Source: Patescibacteria group bacterium (lineage in GTDB: Bacteria; Patescibacteriota; Patescibacteriia; UBA2591; UBA6264). Taken from it: DNA of 64,000 nt. A program made the translations under genes and the position numbers. Positions 19,119 to 27,023 of this stretch are shown here, piece by piece (position 1 is the stretch's first letter; the number at the start of each line of letters is the position of its first letter). The notes under the pieces are model-generated. The model saw nothing but the letters and a program-made list of their open reading frames with translations, was not told where the DNA came from and did no database searches. The stretch lies in contig JAIPGN010000001.1 of NCBI GenBank assembly GCA_021735685.1, positions 111,669 through 175,668 on the forward strand. Reading direction: 5' to 3'.

Positions 19119-19327
19119 ATTATTGTTGATTTATTACTAATTGATTTTATTATATCAGCTTTAATGGTCTTGGCAAGAGAAAGTTAAAGGGGTTGTTAAT
19201 ATTTAAGATTTGTAATATGATGTTAAGGGGATTATTCACAATTTATTCACAATTTATTAACCTTATTTTTCTTATTTTTTCAAAGAGATTGTGTTATCAT
19301 GAAAATTGAAACTAAGTAATATTTTTT
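19119..19327. promoter_or_regulatory. putative chromosomal replication origin (oriC) / dnaA promoter region with tandem DnaA boxes
   Basis: An AT-rich non-coding gap lies between the divergent rpmF(-) and dnaA(+). Two direct TTATTCACA boxes at 19233-19241 and 19243-19251 are each one mismatch from the TTATCCACA consensus. A third degenerate copy TTATTAACC follows, then an AT-rich tract. Confidence 0.5.
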
Positions 19328-20698
19328 ATGGACAAAAAGCAAATCTGGAATATAGTTTTGTCGGAATTAGAGCTTTTGATTTCTAAAGCTAATTTTAAGA
19401 CATGGTTGCAAAATACTTATATTTTGAGTTTGGAGAATGAGGGAAAAAAAGTAATAGTTGGAGTTCCTAATAGTTTTGCTAAAAGTTGGTTAGAAAATAA
19501 GTACCACAAGTATATTTTGGAAGCTTTGCGGGGAGCCACAGAGGAAAAGGTTAAAGAGGTGGTTTATAAAATAAATGCAGATTCAAATAAAAAAGGACAT
19601 TCAAGTAACAATATTGCTCCTCGTCCCCAAAAGAAAAAAACAGAAGAAAGCGAAGGGGCTTCAGCCAATAATCATGGTTTAAATCCTCGTTACACTTTTG
19701 AGAATTTTGTAGTAGGTGAGGGCTCAGAGTTGGCTTATGCTGCTTGTCAAGCGGTTTGCGATAATGCTGGCAAAAAATATAATCCTCTTTTTATTTACGG
19801 AGGTGTGGGATTAGGCAAAACTCATCTTTTGCAGGCTGTGGGCCATTCAATTTTAAAGAAAAGTCCTAAAAGTAAATTATTTTACACTAATGCTGAAAAA
19901 TTTACTAATGATTTTATTACTGCCATTGGAAACGGCACTATGGAAAAATTTAAAAAATTTTATCGCCAATTAAAAGTTTTTTTAATTGATGATATTCAAT
20001 TTATGACCGGCAAGGATCGAACCCAAGAAGAATTTTTTCATACTTTTAATGCTCTTTATCAAGAAGAAAGGCAAATTATTATTGCTTCTGATCGCCCCCC
20101 TAAAGAAATCCCTGCCCTCCAAGATCGTCTGACATCTCGTTTAACTTGGGGTTTAATCGCTGATATTGCTCCGCCAGGCTTGGAAACTAGAATTGCTATC
20201 TTAAAAGCTAAATGCGAAGAGAAAGAATATCCTTTAAGTGAAGAGATTCTGGGGTATTTGGCTACCCATATTCAAAGTAATGTGCGTGAATTGGAAGGAG
20301 CTCTAAATAAATTAATTGCTTATCAGGAATTTCATCAACAGCAAGAGCTGGATTTGGAAACAGTTAAGAATATATTAAGCACGCTTAATAATAGTAAAAA
20401 TAAAACAGGGTTTGTTCACCCTCGGCAATTAATGGAAGTGGTGGCTAATTTTTATGGATTAGAACTATCAGATATGATTAGTTCTTCACGAAAAAAAGAG
20501 TTTGTTCTACCTCGGCAAATAACTATGTATTTAATGAGAGAAGAGAATAAGGCTTCTTTTCCTTTTATCGGCAAAGAACTAGGGAAAAGAGATCATACTA
20601 CAGCTATGCATGCTTGTGAAAAAATTAAAAAAGCTATTGACAAAGATCCTAAATTAAAAAAAGAAATAGATTTAATTAAAGAAAGGTTATATAATTAA
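19328..20698 (+). CDS. dnaA: chromosomal replication initiator protein DnaA
   Basis: 456 aa. Shows the AAA+ Walker A 'GGVGLGKTHLLQA', sensor motifs and the C-terminal DnaA-box-binding HTH 'KELGKRDHTTAMHA'. Confidence 0.95.
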   Translation: MDKKQIWNIVLSELELLISKANFKTWLQNTYILSLENEGKKVIVGVPNSFAKSWLENKYHKYILEALRGATEEKVKEVVYKINADSNKKGHSSNNIAPRPQKKKTEESEGASANNHGLNPRYTFENFVVGEGSELAYAACQAVCDNAGKKYNPLFIYGGVGLGKTHLLQAVGHSILKKSPKSKLFYTNAEKFTNDFITAIGNGTMEKFKKFYRQLKVFLIDDIQFMTGKDRTQEEFFHTFNALYQEERQIIIASDRPPKEIPALQDRLTSRLTWGLIADIAPPGLETRIAILKAKCEEKEYPLSEEILGYLATHIQSNVRELEGALNKLIAYQEFHQQQELDLETVKNILSTLNNSKNKTGFVHPRQLMEVVANFYGLELSDMISSSRKKEFVLPRQITMYLMREENKASFPFIGKELGKRDHTTAMHACEKIKKAIDKDPKLKKEIDLIKERLYN

Positions 20699-20708
20699 TA
20701 AAAGTTTT

Positions 20709-21548
20709 TTGGTTTTTATGTACGTAATTAAGGCTTCTGGAGAAAAAGTTAAATTTAATTCTTCTAAAATTAGAAAGACTTGCTTGCGAGCTGGCGCTCC
20801 CAAAGATGTTTGTCGGAAGGTTGAGCAATTGGTAAAAGATCAGGTCCGAGAAGGAATGTCCACTCAAGAAATTTTAAAAATTACTTTGGAACATTTAGAA
20901 AAATATAGCCCTTTGACTTCAATTCGTTATGGTCTTAAAAGAGCTATTTTTGGTTTAGGTCCCACTGGGTTTGTTTTTGAAAAATTTGTAGCTTATCTTT
21001 TTCAAGCTTATGGCTTTAGCGCTTATTGTCCTCCCATCCTAAAGGGTCGTTGTGTTGAACAAGAGGTGGATGTAATTGCGATTAAAAAAAGGAAAGGGTC
21101 TCAAAAAAAATCTCAACAAAAATATTTAATCGAGTGCAAGTATCGTAATACTGCGGGCTTGAAGGTGGATCTTCAAGATGCTCTTTGTCTCTGGGCTCGA
21201 TTTAAGGATTTAGAGAAGGAAAATTTTACTCAACCTTGGTTGGTTTCTAATGCTAAATTTACTAAAGCCGCTATTCAATATGGACGTTGTCAGGGAATTA
21301 AACTATTGGGTTGGAGATATCCTTCTCGCCAAAGCCTCAATGCTTTAATTGAGAAAAAAAAGCTTTATCCGATTACAATTTTGAAAGAAGTGAGCGGGAA
21401 ATTGGCTCAAAATTTTTTTAATCAAGACGTTATTATACTTAGTCATCTGTGCTCTTCTCATATAAATAATTTGTCTTCACGAGTGGGAATTAGTTCAGGC
21501 AAAATGAAGAGAATAGTCGAAGCGGCTCAATTGATTTTAAAAAGCTAA
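20709..21548 (+). CDS. ATP-cone domain fused to Mrr-like restriction-endonuclease (PD-(D/E)xK) domain protein
   Basis: The N-terminal ~90 aa 'VIKASGEKVKFNSSKIRKTCLRAG...' follow the ATP-cone pattern (as in NrdR/NrdD). The next region 'GPTGFVFEKFVAYLFQAYGF...EVDVIAIKK...YLIECKYR...VSNAKFTKAAIQYG' matches the Mrr catalytic-core D-x(n)-E-C-K topology. Confidence 0.55.
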   Translation: MVFMYVIKASGEKVKFNSSKIRKTCLRAGAPKDVCRKVEQLVKDQVREGMSTQEILKITLEHLEKYSPLTSIRYGLKRAIFGLGPTGFVFEKFVAYLFQAYGFSAYCPPILKGRCVEQEVDVIAIKKRKGSQKKSQQKYLIECKYRNTAGLKVDLQDALCLWARFKDLEKENFTQPWLVSNAKFTKAAIQYGRCQGIKLLGWRYPSRQSLNALIEKKKLYPITILKEVSGKLAQNFFNQDVIILSHLCSSHINNLSSRVGISSGKMKRIVEAAQLILKS

Positions 21549-21577
21549 TCACAATCATTAATTAAAATAATCAAAAG

Positions 21578-23275
21578 ATGTTAAATATTGATGATTTATT
21601 AAAATATGATCAAAATTCTAATTTCGATGACAGCAAGGAAAGACAATTAAAGAATAAGCTTTCCCATTTGGAAGATGAGGAAATAGAAGAAAAAGTAAGC
21701 ACTCAAGCCCGTTCAATGGGTTTGCCTTATATGAATTTAACTGATTTTCCTGTTTCTGAAGAAGCCTTGCGGATGATTCCCAAGGAAGGGGCTTTGAATT
21801 ATCAGGCAATTTGTTTTTATCGTACTGATCGTTTAGCTAAAATTGGCTCTCTGGATCCACAAAATAATTCTTTTAGTGAGTTTTGTCGCCATTTTGAAGC
21901 GGCTCATGATTTAAATATAGAAATCTATTTGATTTCAGCTAATAGTTTTAATGCGGTTTTGAAGAGATATGAAACTTTGCCTAAAATTAGAGAGATGGCC
22001 AAAGGAGTTGAAATCAGTGCCGAAGATTTTAAAAAATTCGAAAATAAAATTCAAAGTTTTCAAGATCTTAATCAAGAAATTCAAAAAACAGATATTTCTA
22101 ATTTGATTACTTTAGTTATTGCTAGTTCAGTTAAATCTCGAGCCTCAGATATTCATATTGAGGCCGAAGAAGACGGAATTAAACTAAGATTTAGAGTTGA
22201 CGGTATTTTGATTGATGTGGCGGAGATTGATAAGAAATTTTGGCTTCAAGTTATTTCACGGATTAAGCTTTTGTCGGGATTAAAAATTAATGTTGTGGGG
22301 CGACCGCAGGACGGAAGATTTGTTATTAAATTAGAGAAAGAAAAAATAGACGTAAGAGTTTCTTGCCTGCCCACTTCTTATGGAGAAAGTGTGGTGATGC
22401 GTCTCTTGCGTTCTTCTACTGCTGGATTAAGCTTTGAGGATTTAGGATTAAGGGGAAGAAGTTATCAGATTTTAAAAAGAGAAGTAGAGCGCCCCAATGG
22501 TATGATTATTACCACCGGTCCTACTGGATCCGGCAAAACCACTACTCTTTATGCCATTATTAATAAATTGAATGACGAGGAAACCAAAATTATTACTTTA
22601 GAGGATCCAATTGAATATCGAGTTAAGGGAGTTAATCAAAGTCAGGTTGACCAATCCAAGGATTATACTTTTGCTAATGGATTGCGCTCTATTTTACGTC
22701 AAGATCCAGACGTAGTTATGGTGGGAGAAATTAGAGATGCGGAGACAGCAAAAATTGCTATTCAGTCCGCTTTAACCGGACATATGGTTGTTTCTACTTT
22801 ACATACTAATGATGCCGCCGGAGCCTTGCCTCGTTTTCTTTCCATGGGCGTTAAGCCCTTCCTTTTAGCCCCCGCCTTAAACGCTGTTATTGGGCAAAGG
22901 TTAGTGCGTAGAATTTGCGAAAAGTGCAAAAAAGAAGTTCAATTAACTTCTGAAAAATTGGAAAGAGTTAAGGCTCTTTTGAAGGACATTCCCTCTTCAG
23001 CTGAGGTTAAGATAGATTTTAACAATTTAAAATTTTACCAAGGAGAAGGTTGTCCAGCTTGTCAGGGCTTGGGTTATCATGGACGAATTGGTATTTATGA
23101 AGTTCTGGCGGTTAATGCTGAAGTTGAAAAAGCAATTTTAGAAGGAAGTTTATCTGAATACAAGGCGCGAGAATTGAGTCAACAACAGGGAATGGTTACA
23201 ATGGTTCAAGATGGTTTATTAAAGGCTTTAGATGGCATTACTAGCATAGAGGAAGTTTTCCGAGTAGCTGAATAA
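21578..23275 (+). CDS. pilB: type IV pilus assembly ATPase PilB / GspE family
   Basis: Walker A 'TGPTGSGKTTTLYA' is present, along with Asp/His boxes, the tetracysteine motif CEKC...CPAC and an N-terminal GSPII_E_N-like domain. Confidence 0.85.
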   Translation: MLNIDDLLKYDQNSNFDDSKERQLKNKLSHLEDEEIEEKVSTQARSMGLPYMNLTDFPVSEEALRMIPKEGALNYQAICFYRTDRLAKIGSLDPQNNSFSEFCRHFEAAHDLNIEIYLISANSFNAVLKRYETLPKIREMAKGVEISAEDFKKFENKIQSFQDLNQEIQKTDISNLITLVIASSVKSRASDIHIEAEEDGIKLRFRVDGILIDVAEIDKKFWLQVISRIKLLSGLKINVVGRPQDGRFVIKLEKEKIDVRVSCLPTSYGESVVMRLLRSSTAGLSFEDLGLRGRSYQILKREVERPNGMIITTGPTGSGKTTTLYAIINKLNDEETKIITLEDPIEYRVKGVNQSQVDQSKDYTFANGLRSILRQDPDVVMVGEIRDAETAKIAIQSALTGHMVVSTLHTNDAAGALPRFLSMGVKPFLLAPALNAVIGQRLVRRICEKCKKEVQLTSEKLERVKALLKDIPSSAEVKIDFNNLKFYQGEGCPACQGLGYHGRIGIYEVLAVNAEVEKAILEGSLSEYKARELSQQQGMVTMVQDGLLKALDGITSIEEVFRVAE

Positions 23276-23360
23276 ATAGATTATTTTTGTAAAATAAAAA
23301 GTTTGGGAGTTTAAATCCCAAACTTTTTTATTTTAAGTTCTTGGAAATAGAAATATTTTT

Positions 23361-25709
23361 TTATTGTAATTTAGCTAAATTTTGAATAATTTTTTTCTCC
23401 TCTCCAGAAAAAGAAGCAAAACTTTTTTGGAATTGAGAGGGAAGAGAGACAATTTCTTTAGGATTGATCTCCTTTTCTTTGCGCCATTTTCTGATTTCAC
23501 TAACTAATTCTTTCAGCTCGGTAAATTTTTTTTCTGTGGTTTTATTAATTTGAGAAAATTCAACCTCTGGCCAAGGAGCAATAATCAACAATCGGGCATA
23601 GTCTTTTTTCTTTATTTCATTAAGCTGCAAATTAATGGTTTCTGTAACAAAGGGGATAAAAGGATGTAACATTTTTAAACATTCTTTTAGGACTAGACGC
23701 AGAATAGCATAAGTTTGCGCCTCTAAAGAACTGTTTTCTTTTTGGAATTTAGAAATTTCTAGATACCAATCAGCAAAGTCATGCCAAACAAATTCATAAA
23801 TGTCTTTAGCGGCTGAACTTAGATTATTGTTTTCAATTTGAGGCCCAACTTCTTTAATCAAATTGTTGAGTCGAGAGAGAATCCATTGATCGGCAATAGT
23901 AGGTTTCTTGATTTTCTTATTTTCCGAATTAGAAGGGTCCATCATTTCTACAAAACGAGAAATGTTCCAAAGTTTGTTAATAAAGTTACGAGCAGCCAAG
24001 ATAGTGCGTTCATCAAAACGAATTTCTTGTTGATCGCGATTAGCTTGTAGGATGATGCCCAAACGAGTGGCATCAGCTCCGTATTTTTCGACAAAATTTA
24101 AAGGGTCGATTCCAGTTTTTAGAGACTTGCTCATCCTCTTTCCATCGATAGTCAGAATTGTTCCATGGATATATACTTTTTTGAAAGGAATATCTTCTAA
24201 AAACTCAAAGCCAGAAAAAATCATTCTAGCAACCCAGAGATAAAGGATATCTCGAGCCGTAGAAAGCAAAGAGGTTGGGTAATATTCTTGTAAATCTTTT
24301 GTCTTTTGAGGCCAACCTAAAGTGGCGAATGGCCAAAGGGCAGAAGAAAACCAAGTGTCCAGAACATCAGCTGATTGTTGCATTTTACATTTTTGGCAAT
24401 AAGGGCAAGCTTGGGGAGCTTCGGCAGCTACAATATATTTTTCTTTTTGATTTTGACAAAACCAAACTGGCAATTGATGCCCCCACCATAATTGGCGAGA
24501 AATGCACCAATCTTCTATGTTTTCCATCCAATTTAGGTAGATTTTTTTATAGCGAGAAGGAATTATTTTAATTTTATTCTCCTGAACGCTTTTGATGGCT
24601 GGCTGGGCAAGTTCTTTCATTTTTACAAACCATTGAGTAGATATTTGTGGTTCAATTGGAGAAGAACAGCGATCACAAAGAGAAATTTGATGTTGATATT
24701 CTTCAGTTTTAACCAAAAGTTCTTTTTTTGTTAATTCTTCAATAATTTTTTCTCGAGCCTCTAAGGCGCTTAAGTCAGCATAAATTCCAGCCTCTTTAGT
24801 CATTTTTCCTTGAGGTCCAATTACGTTAATGACGGGAAGTTGATGGTCTTTGCCGATTTGCCAATCGGTTTGATCATGCGCTGGAGTGATTTTAAGGGCG
24901 CCGGTGCCAAAATCAGATTTGACTAGATGGTGCTTGATAATTGGAATCTCTCTTTCCACTAAAGGAACAATTGCTTTTTGATTAATCAGTTCTTTATATT
25001 TTTTGTCTCTTGGGTTAACAGCAATGGCGGTATCGCCAAGCATAGTTTCGGGTCGAGTGGTGGCAATAGTAATGAATTTTTTTGGATTATTCTTTAGGGG
25101 GTATTTGATATACCATAATCTGCCTTTTCTTTCTTGATATTTGATCTCAATATCCGAAATAGCGGTTTCGCATCGCGGACACCAATTGACAATTCGGGGC
25201 CCTCTGTAGATATATCCCTTTTGATGATAATGTATAAAGGCCTTAAGAACTGCTTGAGCATATTGTTGGTCAAGTGTAAAGCGTAAACGAGACCAATCAC
25301 AAGAATATCCCAATTTTTTTAATTGTTTCAGAATAATATCGCCATATTCTTTTTTCCATTCCCAGACCTTTTCTGTGAATTTTTCTCTTCCTAATTGATG
25401 ACGAGAGAGTCCTTCTTGGGCTAATTTTTTTTCTACTACATTTTGTGTAGCAATGCCAGCATGATCAGTTCCTGGTAGCCAGAGGGTTTTATCTCCTTGC
25501 ATGCGATGATATCTGATTAAAATATCTTGAATAGTGTTATTAAGAGCATGACCCATGTGCAGTGATCCCGTAACATTAGGGGGTGGAATAGTGACACAGT
25601 ATTTATTTTTTCGAGTTCCTGGCAATTTATCTGGATTAAAAAAATCGCTCTTTTCCCAGAGTTGATATATTTCTTTTTCAAATTCTTGGGGAATGTATTT
25701 TTTTTGCAT
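23361..25709 (-). CDS. valS: valine--tRNA ligase (short form without C-terminal coiled coil)
   Basis: 'PPPNVTGSLHMGHALNNTIQDILIRYHRMQG' (HIGH) and 'KMSKSLKT' (KMSKS) are present. At 782 aa it is shorter than E. coli ValRS (951 aa). Confidence 0.9.
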   Translation of the reverse strand: MQKKYIPQEFEKEIYQLWEKSDFFNPDKLPGTRKNKYCVTIPPPNVTGSLHMGHALNNTIQDILIRYHRMQGDKTLWLPGTDHAGIATQNVVEKKLAQEGLSRHQLGREKFTEKVWEWKKEYGDIILKQLKKLGYSCDWSRLRFTLDQQYAQAVLKAFIHYHQKGYIYRGPRIVNWCPRCETAISDIEIKYQERKGRLWYIKYPLKNNPKKFITIATTRPETMLGDTAIAVNPRDKKYKELINQKAIVPLVEREIPIIKHHLVKSDFGTGALKITPAHDQTDWQIGKDHQLPVINVIGPQGKMTKEAGIYADLSALEAREKIIEELTKKELLVKTEEYQHQISLCDRCSSPIEPQISTQWFVKMKELAQPAIKSVQENKIKIIPSRYKKIYLNWMENIEDWCISRQLWWGHQLPVWFCQNQKEKYIVAAEAPQACPYCQKCKMQQSADVLDTWFSSALWPFATLGWPQKTKDLQEYYPTSLLSTARDILYLWVARMIFSGFEFLEDIPFKKVYIHGTILTIDGKRMSKSLKTGIDPLNFVEKYGADATRLGIILQANRDQQEIRFDERTILAARNFINKLWNISRFVEMMDPSNSENKKIKKPTIADQWILSRLNNLIKEVGPQIENNNLSSAAKDIYEFVWHDFADWYLEISKFQKENSSLEAQTYAILRLVLKECLKMLHPFIPFVTETINLQLNEIKKKDYARLLIIAPWPEVEFSQINKTTEKKFTELKELVSEIRKWRKEKEINPKEIVSLPSQFQKSFASFSGEEKKIIQNLAKLQ

Positions 25710-25713
25710 AGAT

Positions 25714-26190
25714 TTAGAGGCCTTTAATTTTAATTATTCTTTCTGATTCTTGGTGGCCATTCTCTATTTTAACAGAAATATGATCTTCTGGCAAAATGTT
25801 TTTAATTTTTTCAGCCCACTCAATTATGGTAATAGTTTCTTTTTGCCTTAAGAAATCAAGGGCTCCAATAGCCATCAACTCTTCTTCAGAATTAAGACGA
25901 TAGGCATCAATGTGACAAAAGTTTTTCAGATTTTTATTCGAAGAAAGGGGGTAAATTTTCATTAAAGTAAAAGTAGGACTATTGACGTTTTTTTTAATTT
26001 TAAGTCCCTGGGCAATTCCTTGAGCAAAGACAGTTTTTCCTGCTCCGAGATTTCCGTGTAAAGCTAAAACATCTCCTCCTTTTAACTTCAGAGCCGTTTT
26101 TTTAGCCAGTTTAATAGTTTCTTGAGGGGAATGACTCTGGAAATTGACGTTTTCTTTTTTTTCTTTTTTCATATTTTTTAAAATTAGCAC
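25714..26190 (-). CDS. tsaE: tRNA threonylcarbamoyladenosine biosynthesis protein TsaE
   Basis: 158 aa. The P-loop 'LHGNLGAGKTVFAQG' is present, and the size is typical of YjeE/TsaE. Confidence 0.8.
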   Translation of the reverse strand: MLILKNMKKEKKENVNFQSHSPQETIKLAKKTALKLKGGDVLALHGNLGAGKTVFAQGIAQGLKIKKNVNSPTFTLMKIYPLSSNKNLKNFCHIDAYRLNSEEELMAIGALDFLRQKETITIIEWAEKIKNILPEDHISVKIENGHQESERIIKIKGL

Positions 26191-26201
26191 ATTTTATTAA
26201 A

Positions 26202-26216
26202 AGGGGACAGTCCCCC
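26202..26216. repeat. REP-like palindrome GGGGACAGTCCCCCC, inverted orientation relative to the copies at 1887 and 26994
   Basis: A perfect 6+6 palindrome around a central A/T. It lies in the divergent gap between tsaE(-) and the RAYT gene(+). A second hairpin CCTGACtgcttGTCAGG is adjacent. Confidence 0.5.
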
Positions 26217-26314
26217 CTGACTGCTTGTCAGGATGCTACTCCAATAGTATAATATAAGGCAGAAAATACGATTTGGCGAAAAATCAGCAAAAAATATTTT
26301 TTAGAATTTATTTT

Positions 26315-26908
26315 ATGCCAAGAAAAGCTCGTAAATATATTGATTACCGAGAAACAATTTATCACGTTGTTTGCCGTGGCAATAATCAAAAGAAAATTTT
26401 TTCAGGAGTTCGAGATTATAAAAAATTATTAAGTATTATTAGAGAAACCAAAAAGAAAATGCCTTTTTGGTTTTATTCTTATAGTTTTTTGCCCAATCAT
26501 TTTCATTTATTGATTGAAACTCGCGATTTTTCTCTCTCTAAGATTGTGGGACGAATTAATTTTTTGTACGCAGTTTATTTTAATCACCGTCATCATCGCT
26601 CGGGGCATCTTTTTCAGGACAGGTTTTACAGCAGTGTAATCAACAAAGAGGATTATTTTTGGACCGTTAGCTGTTATATTGACCTAAACCCAGTTCGGGC
26701 CAAAATAGTTATTTTGCCAGAAAATCATCGCTGGGGAAGTTTCAAAATTTATAAAGAAAAGATTATTAAGGATGATTTGATTGACAGAAATAAATTTTTA
26801 TCTTATATTGGAAGAAAAGGCCCAGAAGAATGTCGTCAGGAATATTTAAATTTTGTGCAAGGAAAAATTATCTCTGATGATAAAAAAATTCTTACCTTTC
26901 TTAATTGA
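26315..26908 (+). CDS. IS200/IS605-family Y1 (HuH) transposase-like protein, RAYT-like
   Basis: HuH motif 'HFHLLIE'. The downstream 'YIDLNPVRAKIV' resembles the RAYT 'Y..NPV.AGLV' catalytic-Tyr block. The start was placed at the internal ATG (MPRKARKYIDY...). The track ORF begins 14 codons earlier. Confidence 0.65.
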   Translation: MPRKARKYIDYRETIYHVVCRGNNQKKIFSGVRDYKKLLSIIRETKKKMPFWFYSYSFLPNHFHLLIETRDFSLSKIVGRINFLYAVYFNHRHHRSGHLFQDRFYSSVINKEDYFWTVSCYIDLNPVRAKIVILPENHRWGSFKIYKEKIIKDDLIDRNKFLSYIGRKGPEECRQEYLNFVQGKIISDDKKILTFLN

Positions 26909-27023
26909 TTTTGGAAAACGGGCCATTTCTCGCCAAATTAAAAAAAGAGGCGGGAAATTCGCTTGGGAAGCGGCTGCTGCGTTGCAAAAAGATGGGGACT
27001 GTCCCCGGTAAAAAAATAAAAAT
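26909..27023. repeat. ~100-nt mosaic repeat element (copy B) ending in the palindrome GGGGACTGTCCCC (26994-27006), followed by an A-run
   Basis: Homologous to 1808-1911 (see that feature). It lies directly between the RAYT stop and the korA start. Confidence 0.55.

Larger units (their letters stand above)
26202..27023 (+). mobile_element. RAYT-type (REP-associated tyrosine transposase) locus: Y1 HuH transposase gene bracketed by inverted REP-like palindromes
   Basis: The gene is flanked by the GGGGACAGTCCCC palindrome (26202-26216, inverted) and GGGGACTGTCCCC (26994-27006). No terminal IS inverted repeats and no tnpB were seen. This architecture is typical of RAYT/REPIN loci rather than a canonical IS200/IS605. 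Confidence 0.5.
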
